NCBI GenBank assembly: GCA_963836075.1
Contig: CAWIIB010000009.1
Span: 832,001 to 896,000, forward strand
Reading direction: 5' to 3'
Source: an uncultured Acidobacteriota bacterium
Lineage (GTDB): Bacteria > Acidobacteriota > JAQAZP01
Length of the DNA stretch: 64,000 bases
Position numbers and translations under genes: made by a program. The notes beneath the pieces are model-generated. The model ran no database searches, had not been told where the DNA came from, and worked only from the letters and a program-made list of their open reading frames with translations. Shown here piece by piece: positions 21,706 through 30,506 of this stretch (positions within the stretch are counted from its first letter, which is position 1; each line of letters opens with the position of its first letter).

Positions 21706-23637
21706 ATGCCCGGAAACTGCTTCACCTGTCCGGCAAACCACTCCCGCAACGGGGTTCAGGCTCTGATTCTTTTTGCCGTCCGTTCGGCACTCCCGCTCTT
21801 CCTCGCCATGGCGCTCGCCGTCCCGGCCGGCGGCGTCACCCTGGTATCCAGGTCCACCGGCCTCGACTCACCGGACAAGGAGGAGGGAAAGACCGAATAC
21901 GAGCTGGCCGACTTCAATGGCGACGGCCACCTGGACATCGTCTCGGTGGGCGATCACGGATCGCCCTTCGTCAACAGCGATCAACACGGGATCATGGTCT
22001 GGCTCGGCGATGGCAACGGCACCTGGACCGTGCACCAGTCGGGAAATTTCGGCTACGGCGGCTGTGCGGCGGGCGACCTCGACCTGGACGGCGTGCCGGA
22101 CCTGGTCTGGGGGATTCACCACGACTGGGGAAGCACCGGGTTCGGCGACACACTGCTCGGTGCGGCACTGGGGGACGGCAGCGGCGCGGCCTGGACGCCC
22201 TGGGGTGCCGGCCTGGCCACCAGCGGCGAGGAGTGGGGCATGTTCGCCACCGGCCTGGCCGATTTCGATGTCAACGGCCGCCTCGACCTGATCTCCCAGT
22301 CCTTTGGCGGCAGTAACGGCTTGCGGCTCTATGAGAATCACGGCGACGGCACCTGGAGCCAGGCCTGGGCCGCCACCGGGGGTTCGGTGGGCTACACGCT
22401 GAAAACCGGCGACATCAACGCCGACGGGTTTCCCGACGTTGCCTGCACCCGTTACGGAACGGTAGTCTTTCTCGGCGATGGAGCCTTCGGTTTCACCGCG
22501 GCGGTGAGCGGCCTGCCCGCGGGATTCATCTCCGGAGTGGACCTGGGGGACATCGACGGCGACGGCCGGGACGACCTCGTTCTCTGCAACAGCGACGGAG
22601 GTATCGGCTGTTACACCTTTGACGATCTGTCGGCATCCTGGTCTTCCGGCTCGGTGGGGCTGCCCGGTACCGGGGGATACAACCGGGCCCAGCTCGGTGA
22701 TCTGAATGGCGACGGGCATCTCGACATCGTCGGTTACGACGGCCCGGGCGGTCAGGTGTTTCTCGGAAACGGCGCCGGAACCTGGACCGCCGACGCATCC
22801 TGGACCATGCCATCCCCGGGGGACGTTTCAGCGTTGCGGGTTGACGGTGATGTGGACCACGACGGCCGGGAGGACATCGTCATCGTCTCATCGATGAGCG
22901 GGTTTCCCTTCTACCGCAACCAACTCCGGGTCTATTCCCCATGGCAGGAACCGGCAGTGCTGTCGGTGCGGGTGGTTTCGCCGTCGGGCGGCGAAACACT
23001 GCAGCTGGGCTCGATTCGCTGGATCCGCTGGCTGGCCGCCGTGCCGCCGGCCGACGGGCCGGCCGACGTGGAGATTCTGCTCTCGCGCTCCGGCCCGGAT
23101 GGTCCCTGGACCACCATCGCCTCGGGGCTGCCAAACAGCGGCTGCCACCAGTGGTCGGTCGGCGCGTCCGGCCCATCCTCCACCTGCCGCTTGCGGGTGG
23201 TCATCACCACCGATTCCGGCAGTGCCATCGCCGATTCCGCCGCCGACTTCACCCTGGCCGGCGAGGGTTTTGAGACGCTGGACGCCTCGCTCGGTTGTCA
23301 GCCCGATTCAGGTGTGCTGCCGTTCCAGACCGCAGTGCGCGTGGAGCTGACCAACCTTTCCGCCATCCGGCGCCGAATTGCCGCGCGAATCGACGTGGCC
23401 CTGGCCGGAGGGCAAATCTACACCAGCTGGCGGGCCGGCTACACCAATGTCAACGGCGGTGAAATCCGGGTGGAGAGCTGGGCCCAGAGCCTTCCGGCGG
23501 TGGGCTCCCTGGTCGGGGACAATCTCTTCCAGTTGCAGGCCGAAGACGTGACCCCTCCGCCTTACAACCAGCCGCCCAATCCTCCGGCCGGGGGCACAGC
23601 CAGCGGCAGCTGTACGGTGATTGGGGTGGCGCCTTGA
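21706..23637 (+). CDS. Secreted VCBS/FG-GAP repeat protein with Ig-like domain and conserved ~120-aa C-terminal domain
   Basis: Multiple DxNGDGxxD repeats; SPSGGE...W Ig-like segment; C-terminus DVTPPPYNQPP...CTVIGVAP shared with the genes at 49416-56839; start uncertain. Confidence 0.75.
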   Translation: MPGNCFTCPANHSRNGVQALILFAVRSALPLFLAMALAVPAGGVTLVSRSTGLDSPDKEEGKTEYELADFNGDGHLDIVSVGDHGSPFVNSDQHGIMVWLGDGNGTWTVHQSGNFGYGGCAAGDLDLDGVPDLVWGIHHDWGSTGFGDTLLGAALGDGSGAAWTPWGAGLATSGEEWGMFATGLADFDVNGRLDLISQSFGGSNGLRLYENHGDGTWSQAWAATGGSVGYTLKTGDINADGFPDVACTRYGTVVFLGDGAFGFTAAVSGLPAGFISGVDLGDIDGDGRDDLVLCNSDGGIGCYTFDDLSASWSSGSVGLPGTGGYNRAQLGDLNGDGHLDIVGYDGPGGQVFLGNGAGTWTADASWTMPSPGDVSALRVDGDVDHDGREDIVIVSSMSGFPFYRNQLRVYSPWQEPAVLSVRVVSPSGGETLQLGSIRWIRWLAAVPPADGPADVEILLSRSGPDGPWTTIASGLPNSGCHQWSVGASGPSSTCRLRVVITTDSGSAIADSAADFTLAGEGFETLDASLGCQPDSGVLPFQTAVRVELTNLSAIRRRIAARIDVALAGGQIYTSWRAGYTNVNGGEIRVESWAQSLPAVGSLVGDNLFQLQAEDVTPPPYNQPPNPPAGGTASGSCTVIGVAP

Positions 23638-23674
23638 AGATCGTGGGTGAGGAGCCCGAGATCGGGCTGGCCGG

Positions 23675-24214
23675 TCAGCTCACCAGCAGTATCCCGTAGC
23701 GGTTCATCTCCTTGTCGTAGTCGTCAAGCACCTGGATCGGCTTGCCCGCTCTACTTGCGGTGGCAAAGACATCCACTGCCAACCCTTCGGGTGAGGGCCG
23801 TGCGTTTTTGGGGTGCTCGCAAAGGTCCCGGGTGGGGACGCACTCCTCGCAGAAGTTACAGGGGTCGACGAAGAGCACGAAGGCCTTGTAGAAACCGGCC
23901 AGGAACACCGCCCGCTCAAGGTTGAGCAGACCGCCGTTGATCTTCCGTGTCCACTGATGCCGGTCCTCCGGCTTGTCCACCGTGCCGCTGAACTGCAGCA
24001 GCACGGCGCGCTGGTACTCGGAGAAGAAGCGCTCACATTCGGCCAGGGACGGCACGTTGGGCGGGCAGACGGCGCACTTGCCGAAGTGGTGGCAGCCAAA
24101 CTCGCACTTCATCCTCACCCACTGGGCGGTGACGATCATGTTTGGATCGAGCCAACTGTAGTTGTCGAATCCCCGCTCGCCGAGGATCACTTCCACTCTA
24201 TCCCTGTCGGACAT
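23675..24214 (-). CDS. DUF2284-family metal-binding protein
   Basis: WVRMKCxFGC..G....CPP, PCNFCEEC, ARPSPEG..VDVF motifs. Confidence 0.85.
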   Translation of the reverse strand: MSDRDRVEVILGERGFDNYSWLDPNMIVTAQWVRMKCEFGCHHFGKCAVCPPNVPSLAECERFFSEYQRAVLLQFSGTVDKPEDRHQWTRKINGGLLNLERAVFLAGFYKAFVLFVDPCNFCEECVPTRDLCEHPKNARPSPEGLAVDVFATASRAGKPIQVLDDYDKEMNRYGILLVS

Positions 24215-24251
24215 CTGTCTTCGTCTCCTTCCCGGCGGCCCGGGTGCGCGG

Positions 24252-25265
24252 TTACTGGTTCCAGAGGAAGAGGATCAGGGCACTGAGCAGGACCAGCAGC
24301 AGGGCCCAGAAGATGATCGCCCAGCGGGTGGCCTTCCTGGCGCGGCGGCCGTCCCACCAGCTGCGCGGCCGGATGCGCTGGAAGAGGAAGGTCACCACCC
24401 CGGCCAGGTTGACGCAGGCCACGTTGGTGGTGAAGAGGGCCGTGGCGCGGATGGCCAGGTCGGGGCGGCCGGCGCCGAGCATCAGGCCGGCGGTGACCAG
24501 CGGGGGCAGCAGGGCCACCGCCACCATCACCCCGATCAGCGCCGCGGGCAGACCGGAGGTGAAGGCCAGTGCCCCGGCGACGCCGGCGGCCGAAGCGAGG
24601 AGGACGTCGGAGAGGCCCAGCGTGGTGCGGGCGGCCAGCTGGGAACTGGCCGGGTCCACCCTGACCAGCAGGCCGAAGACCACGGCGATAGCCGTGGCCA
24701 GCACGATGCCGGCGGTGAAGGTGCGGATCGACTTGAAGAGCAGCGGCGTGTCGCCGAGGGTCACTGCCAGGGCCATGGCCACGTTGGGGCCGAGGAGCGG
24801 GGCGATGACCATCGCCCCGATGATGATCGCCACGTCGCCGCGCACCAGGCCGATGGCCGCCACCAGGGTGGAGAGCGCCACGGTGAGCAGGAAGATGAAG
24901 GTCAGCTTTGTCCCGCTGGTGACCGTTTCGTAGAGCTCTTCCCGGGAGACGCGGTTGGGGGTGCGCAGCTCGGGCTTCTTCTCCTTCTTCTCTTCCGGCG
25001 GCGGCTTCTCCTCTTCCAGCTTGGGCAGGGTGGCCTGCACCGCCAGCAGCATCACCCGGAACTGCGGCTTCATGCCGAAGCGCCGCTGCAGGAGGTCCAT
25101 CACCTCCTCGGTCTTGCCGGTGGGCAGCAGCACCCGGACCCGTCCCAGCCCTTCGGCAAGGGTCTCCGACCAGGGTTCGACGCCGTGGGCATCTCCCAGC
25201 AGTGTGGTCAACTCGCGGAGGTCGCTCTCCGGAACGATGATCTCCATCATGCGCAGGGTGGACAC
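24252..25265 (-). CDS. TIGR00341 / DUF389 family membrane protein
   Basis: RVSREELY, IIGAMVIAPLLGP, GVMVAVALLPP; multiple hydrophobic helices. Confidence 0.88.
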   Translation of the reverse strand: MSTLRMMEIIVPESDLRELTTLLGDAHGVEPWSETLAEGLGRVRVLLPTGKTEEVMDLLQRRFGMKPQFRVMLLAVQATLPKLEEEKPPPEEKKEKKPELRTPNRVSREELYETVTSGTKLTFIFLLTVALSTLVAAIGLVRGDVAIIIGAMVIAPLLGPNVAMALAVTLGDTPLLFKSIRTFTAGIVLATAIAVVFGLLVRVDPASSQLAARTTLGLSDVLLASAAGVAGALAFTSGLPAALIGVMVAVALLPPLVTAGLMLGAGRPDLAIRATALFTTNVACVNLAGVVTFLFQRIRPRSWWDGRRARKATRWAIIFWALLLVLLSALILFLWNQ

Positions 25266-25278
25266 GATTGCGCTCCTG

Positions 25279-25824
25279 TTATTCTTTGCGGTGCTTGCCC
25301 TGTTCCACGTACGGCTTGAGCCGCTCCACCAGGAAGTGGCGCCACACCGAGTCGACGGCCTCGGCCCAGCCCTCCTCGAGGGTGCCGCTCATCCGGCCGT
25401 CGAGGGTCAGCTTGGTCTCCTTCTCCCCGTGCGGCTCGTAGGTCAGGGTCCAGACCGCGGTGACCGCGTTGCCGGCCAGACCCAGCGGGCCGGTGAAGCG
25501 GAGCAACTTGCCGCGCCGGGCCCAGGTCACGGTGCCGTGGAGCACGCCGTCGCCGCTCTCGTCGAAAATCTCGTAGAAACCGCCGCCGGGCCGGGCCTCG
25601 ATGAAGAACTTCAGCGGCTTTTCCGAGAAATGGTGGTCCCACCAGCCGCTGATGTCGCCGGTGGTGGCGTCGTAGACGGCTTCGGGGGTGTCGGGCAGGA
25701 TCACGGCCTGCCTGATGGTGAAACTGCTGCTGCTGTTGGTCACCACCTCGCCCCGCGCCGCGCCGGGGAACAACAGGGCGAGCAGCAGGACGGCGAACAG
25801 AATCGTCGCGTGTTTTGTCTGCAT
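25279..25824 (-). CDS. Secreted SRPBCC/START-fold protein
   Basis: Signal peptide; VYDA..DISGWW, ARPGGGFYE, LRFTGPLG, W..FL.RLK.YVE. Confidence 0.75.
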   Translation of the reverse strand: MQTKHATILFAVLLLALLFPGAARGEVVTNSSSSFTIRQAVILPDTPEAVYDATTGDISGWWDHHFSEKPLKFFIEARPGGGFYEIFDESGDGVLHGTVTWARRGKLLRFTGPLGLAGNAVTAVWTLTYEPHGEKETKLTLDGRMSGTLEEGWAEAVDSVWRHFLVERLKPYVEQGKHRKE

Positions 25825-25859
25825 GGTTTTCCCTCCGTGAAGTCGTGTCCGCTATTCTA

Positions 25860-28037
25860 TCAGAAGCTGTCCACGGCCATCACCAGGTCGCGTTCCACCC
25901 GGTCGGCATGCCCGTAGAGGATGGTGGCGCCGTCGGCGGATACGGCCAGGGAGGGGTTCGAATGGCTGGGGATCAGGGCCAGGGGGCGTGATTTGCCGGT
26001 GCTCAGATCGTAGCGGGCAAGGAGGTAGTCCTCTGTGCGGGCCTCGACGTAGTGGATCGCGCCCGCGCTCGGCTCCCAGGAAGCCCAGGCCACCCCGCCG
26101 GGCGGCTCGATGGCGCATCGCTCCTCGCCCGATTCCAGGTCCACCTGCCAGATGCCGGCCTGGCCCAGCTTGCCATACCAGAGGCTGCGGCCGTCCGGGG
26201 ACACCCGGGCGCGCCGGCCGCCGTCCCGGGTCACCTGCCCGGCGTCCGTGCCGTCAGGTTTCATCCGCCAGATCTGGTGGTCACCCGAACGGTCGGAGGA
26301 GAAGTAGACCCACTGGCCGTCGGGGGACCAGTCACAGAACCAGGCGTACTGCTCCGGGTCACCGATCCGCCTGGTCTCGCCGGTGGCCGGGTCGAGGATG
26401 CAGACGGCGGCCTCCTCGTCCGGGTTGGAGGAGAAGGCGATCCGGCGGCCGTCGGGGCTCCAGCGGGGGTTGGCGAGGAAACGGTCGCCAAAGCGGGTCA
26501 GCTGCCGCGGGTGGCAGCCCTCGCCGTCGCAGACCCAGACCTCGCGGCTCCCCGACCGGTCGGAGAGGAAGACGACGCTCCTGCCGTCGGGCGAGATGTG
26601 GGGGCTGTAGTCCATCCGGGTGGAGGTGATCAGGGGCGCCGGTGCGGGACAGGGGCCGTCCCCCCCGGTGTCGCGCACCGACCAGATGTCGTAGTCGCAG
26701 GAGAGCTGCTCGAAGACCAGGCAGTGGGCGTTCCGGGCCAGCGAGGGTTTTTGCACCATTTCACCGGAGGTGGAGAGCCAGGTCACCGGCCCACCCGCGG
26801 CCGGGACCCTCCAGAGCCGGTAGCGGCCGTCCGGGGCCGCGCTGAAGATCACCTGGGTGCCGTCAGCCGTCCAGTCGAAGCCGGTGACCCAGCGCTGGCG
26901 CTCGGTGAGGGCGGTCACCTCCCCGCCGGCCACCGGGACGAGGTGGATGTCCTCGTGAAAGCTCCCGCCGTAGCGCAGGAAGGCCACCTGCCGGCCATCG
27001 GGGGAAAAGGCCGGCTTGTGGTCGCACATGTTCGGCGGCAGGGGATCGGTGATCGCCCGGCTCTCGCCGCTGGCCGGGTCAAAGAGCATGATGCAGGGCT
27101 GGTGCCCCTCCCAGTACCCAAAACTGTAGGCCAGCAGGGAGCCGTCCGGTGACCAGTCGAGGCCGGTGAGCCGCGCCTCGGAGTAGGTCAGCCGCCGCTC
27201 CGGGCCGCCGATGGCCGGCACGGTGAAGATGCCCCACCGGCCGTCCCGCCGGCTGGTGAAGGCGATGGTGGCGCCGTCCGGCGACCAGGCCGGGAACCGC
27301 ACGCTCTCCTCGCCTTCGGTGAGCCGCAGCGGGGTCTCGGTGTCCCGCTGCTTGACGTAGAGGTCGAAGCTCTTGCCCTCGCCGCCATCCCAGACAAAGG
27401 CGACCCTGGTGCCGTCCGGAGACACCGCCGGGTCGGCCTCGCTGCCGGAGTAGCTGCTGAAGGGCATGGTGCGGAGGATCTGCGGCTGCTCCGGCGCCGC
27501 GGTGTACGCCCCCTGGATCCAGAAGAACAGCACGGCCACCACCGCCGCGGCACAGACCAGGCCCAGGGCAGCCAGGCCCCGGCGGCGGGACGGGGAGTGC
27601 CGGGCTTCCGAAGTCCGCGCCGCGGGTGGCATATCGGCCGGCCTGGCAGGCGCTGCCGCGGCCGCGGGCTCAGTGGCGTCCGCCGGCGTCACCGGCACCA
27701 GCAGGCGGTAGCCGCCCTTGCGGATGGTTTCGATGAACCGCGGCTGCTGGCGATCGTCCTCGAAGAGGCGGCGCAACTCGGAAATGGTGCGGGTCAGGGC
27801 GTCCTCGCAGACCACCGCGTCCTGCCAGACCGTGTCCAGAAGCTCCTCGCGGGTGACCACTTTTCCCGCCCGGGCGGCGAGACAGACCAGGACGTGCATG
27901 ATCCGCGGCTGCAGCTGGACCTGCTGCCCTTCCCGGTCGGCCCGGTTGAGCGAGGGCTCCACCAACCACTGACCGGCCATGAACGGGGCCAGGTCACCGG
28001 GACGGAGGGGCAGCTGGTCTGGCGTTTCGGTCATCAT
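25860..28037 (-). CDS. CadC/ToxR-like membrane-tethered regulator: winged-HTH, transmembrane helix, TolB-like PD40 propellers
   Basis: VVTREELLDTVW...ISELRR...IETIRKGGYRL; hydrophobic segment; repeated P.WSPDG. Confidence 0.88.
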   Translation of the reverse strand: MMTETPDQLPLRPGDLAPFMAGQWLVEPSLNRADREGQQVQLQPRIMHVLVCLAARAGKVVTREELLDTVWQDAVVCEDALTRTISELRRLFEDDRQQPRFIETIRKGGYRLLVPVTPADATEPAAAAAPARPADMPPAARTSEARHSPSRRRGLAALGLVCAAAVVAVLFFWIQGAYTAAPEQPQILRTMPFSSYSGSEADPAVSPDGTRVAFVWDGGEGKSFDLYVKQRDTETPLRLTEGEESVRFPAWSPDGATIAFTSRRDGRWGIFTVPAIGGPERRLTYSEARLTGLDWSPDGSLLAYSFGYWEGHQPCIMLFDPASGESRAITDPLPPNMCDHKPAFSPDGRQVAFLRYGGSFHEDIHLVPVAGGEVTALTERQRWVTGFDWTADGTQVIFSAAPDGRYRLWRVPAAGGPVTWLSTSGEMVQKPSLARNAHCLVFEQLSCDYDIWSVRDTGGDGPCPAPAPLITSTRMDYSPHISPDGRSVVFLSDRSGSREVWVCDGEGCHPRQLTRFGDRFLANPRWSPDGRRIAFSSNPDEEAAVCILDPATGETRRIGDPEQYAWFCDWSPDGQWVYFSSDRSGDHQIWRMKPDGTDAGQVTRDGGRRARVSPDGRSLWYGKLGQAGIWQVDLESGEERCAIEPPGGVAWASWEPSAGAIHYVEARTEDYLLARYDLSTGKSRPLALIPSHSNPSLAVSADGATILYGHADRVERDLVMAVDSF

Positions 28038-28245
28038 GAAATCATTTTACCACCAACGAAGTAGACCTGCTCAGCGGGCGGCGTTTCTGCTGATCGGTCA
28101 GAAAAGACCTTTTGATCAGGTTTTCCGGAGGTGCGTTTGCCAGCCGCGTGCGTTAATCACTCTGACCGTTGGAAAACGGCGGGGGGACACGCCCTCCGGG
28201 ACACGCAACCTGTTGAGAATGATAACGATCAAGGAGGACAGGAAG

Positions 28246-30378
28246 ATGAGGACCCGATGTTTCACGAGCTTCCGGAGAGTGGCGATCCCGATGATGCTGG
28301 CCCTGATCTGGGTCTGGCCCGCTGCGGCGGATGTCCAGTTCGTCCCCTACGCCATTGACGACGAGTTCGTGGGGGCGGTGGAGGTGTCGATCATCGACAT
28401 GGACGGGGACGGTGACCTGGACATGGCCGGTTCGGCCTTCAACGGCGACGAGGTCCGCTGGTGGGAGAACGACGGCAGCATGTCGTTCACCCGGCACGTG
28501 GTGGAAGCCGGGTTTGGCGGTCAACCCCGCTCGATCCGGGCGGTGGACGAGGAGGGGAACCTGCTCGACATCGACGGCGACGGCGACGTGGACCTGCTGG
28601 CCGCCTGCTGGGTCGGCAACGCGGTCTACTGGTGGGAGAACGACGGCAACTTCTCCTTCACCCGCATTCGGGCGGGCAACTGCACCTCGGCCCACACCGC
28701 GGTGGCCCGGGACATGGACCGGGACGGCGACATCGACCTGGTCTGCACCGGATTCCAGCTCAAGTGGTACGAGAACAACGGCAGCCAGGATTTTGACGAG
28801 CACCTCATCAACAACAGCAGCGACCTGGGCCAGAACGTCCGGGCCCTCGACCTGGACGATGACAGCGACATCGACATCATCGAGGCCCGGGGGGGCGAGA
28901 CCGGGCCGCGGATCTGGATCAACGACGGCAGCCAGCAGTTCACCGCCCTGGAGCTGGACGCCACTTTCGACGAGTGCCATTTCATCGAGCCGGCCGACCC
29001 GGACCGGGACGGGGACCGGGATTTCATCGGCGCCTCAAACCTGCCGGGTGAATTCGCCTGGTGGGAAAACAGTGGCGGCGACCTGACCAAACATGTCATT
29101 GACGACGTCCTTCGCGGTTCGGCCTGGATCTGTTGCGCCGACCTGGACAACGATGGGGACGACGACTTCGCCGGCAGCACGTTCGGCGGGGCGGCCGCGG
29201 TCTGGTGGGAAAACGATGGGGCGATGAACCTGTCCCTGCACGAGGTGGACGGCAGTTTCGATGGTTACTGCCTGATCCCCGTGGACCTGGACCAGGACGG
29301 CCGCACCGACCTGGTGGGCGCGGGGCGGGCCAACAACCGGATTGTCTGGTGGCGAAACGTTGAGTACACCGGAGCGAAGATCCTTGTCGGTCCCGGCCCC
29401 GGCGAGGATAACGCGCCGCTGGTTCGGCTCTACCATCCATCGAACCGGGCGGACATGGAGTCCGAGTTCACCGCGTATGGCTCACCGAACTTCGGGGTCA
29501 ACGTGGCGGTGGGCGACCTGGACGGCAACGGGGTGGACGAGATCCTCACCGGGCCGGGTCCGGGTCCGATGTACGGGCCCCACGTCAGGTGTTTCAACGC
29601 CGGCGGCACCCCGGTGTCCGGGGTCAACTTCCTGGCCTACGGCACCAACAAGTATGGGGTCAATGTTGCCTGCGGCGACCTCGACGGTGACGGGTTCGAG
29701 GAAATCGTCACCGGCGCCGGACCGGGTGCGGTCTTCGGCCCCCACGTGCGGGCCTTCAATTCCGACGGCGGGGCATCGGTCAGCCCGGTGCCCGGGGTGA
29801 GTTACTTCGCCTACGGCACCCTGAAGTGGGGCGTTAACGTGGCAGCCGGTGACATCGACGGGGACGGCTTTGACGAGATCGTCACCGGCGCCGGACCGGG
29901 TGCGGTCTTCGGCCCCCACGTGCGGGGCTGGAACGTGGATGGTGGCGCCGCCGCGGCCATCTCTTCGGTGAGCTACTTCGCCTACGGCACCAACCTCTAC
30001 GGCGTCAAGGTGGCCTGCGGCGACGTTGACGGCGACGGCATCGACGAGATCGTCACCGGGCCGGGGCCGGGCGCGGTCTTTGGCGCCCACCTGCGGGGCT
30101 GGAACGTTGACGGCGGGCAGCCGGTGCCGCTGCCCGGATTCAGTTTTTTTGCCTGGCCGGCTGAAGAGCGGCGCTTCGGCGCCACCGTCTCCTCCGGCCG
30201 GGACATCACCGGCGACGGCCGGGACGAGATCATCTCCGGGCTGGGTCCGGCAGAGGAGAACCGCGGCCACGTGAGGGTCTGGCGCTATAACGGCAGCGGC
30301 GTCGAGCAGCTCTACGAGATCTTTGCATTTACCGGGCCGTTCCTCCGTGGCGCCAACGCAGCCGCCGGCCGCTTCTGA
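28246..30378 (+). CDS. Secreted VCBS repeat protein with C-terminal FG-GAP-like propeller module
   Basis: RBS AAGGAGG; signal peptide; DxDGDGDxD...WWENDG repeats followed by five GPGPGAVFGPHVR-type repeats. Confidence 0.8.
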   Translation: MRTRCFTSFRRVAIPMMLALIWVWPAAADVQFVPYAIDDEFVGAVEVSIIDMDGDGDLDMAGSAFNGDEVRWWENDGSMSFTRHVVEAGFGGQPRSIRAVDEEGNLLDIDGDGDVDLLAACWVGNAVYWWENDGNFSFTRIRAGNCTSAHTAVARDMDRDGDIDLVCTGFQLKWYENNGSQDFDEHLINNSSDLGQNVRALDLDDDSDIDIIEARGGETGPRIWINDGSQQFTALELDATFDECHFIEPADPDRDGDRDFIGASNLPGEFAWWENSGGDLTKHVIDDVLRGSAWICCADLDNDGDDDFAGSTFGGAAAVWWENDGAMNLSLHEVDGSFDGYCLIPVDLDQDGRTDLVGAGRANNRIVWWRNVEYTGAKILVGPGPGEDNAPLVRLYHPSNRADMESEFTAYGSPNFGVNVAVGDLDGNGVDEILTGPGPGPMYGPHVRCFNAGGTPVSGVNFLAYGTNKYGVNVACGDLDGDGFEEIVTGAGPGAVFGPHVRAFNSDGGASVSPVPGVSYFAYGTLKWGVNVAAGDIDGDGFDEIVTGAGPGAVFGPHVRGWNVDGGAAAAISSVSYFAYGTNLYGVKVACGDVDGDGIDEIVTGPGPGAVFGAHLRGWNVDGGQPVPLPGFSFFAWPAEERRFGATVSSGRDITGDGRDEIISGLGPAEENRGHVRVWRYNGSGVEQLYEIFAFTGPFLRGANAAAGRF

Positions 30379-30391
30379 ATGTAAAGGGGGC

Positions 30392-30497
30392 GTTAAAAAG
30401 GGGACAGGTCACTAATTAATTTCACATAATTGTTTATCCGTCAGGGCTTTGAACGGATGCACCCAGAGATGAACCAGTTACCTGACCCCTTTTTAAC
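30392..30497. repeat. 106-bp REPIN/MITE-like element with 22-bp terminal inverted repeats
   Basis: GTTAAAAAGGGGACAGGTCACT versus reverse complement of 30476-30497 GTTAAAAAGGGGTCAGGTAACT (20/22), AT-rich interior, between convergent genes. Confidence 0.75.
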
Positions 30498-30506
30498 TGC
30501 TGTCCC

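Noticed and set aside
25301-25316. TGTTCCACGT as a third parS site
   Set aside because: Only the left part matches; the right arm (ACGGCT) is not palindromic, and it lies inside a CDS.
4024-30378. Highly similar ~165-bp repeats (gggccgggggcggtcttcggcccccacgtccgcggctggaac) as a possible CRISPR array or DGR template/variable repeats
   Set aside because: They are in-frame protein repeats differing mostly at third codon positions; there are no unique spacers, cas genes, reverse transcriptase or adenine-specific variation.
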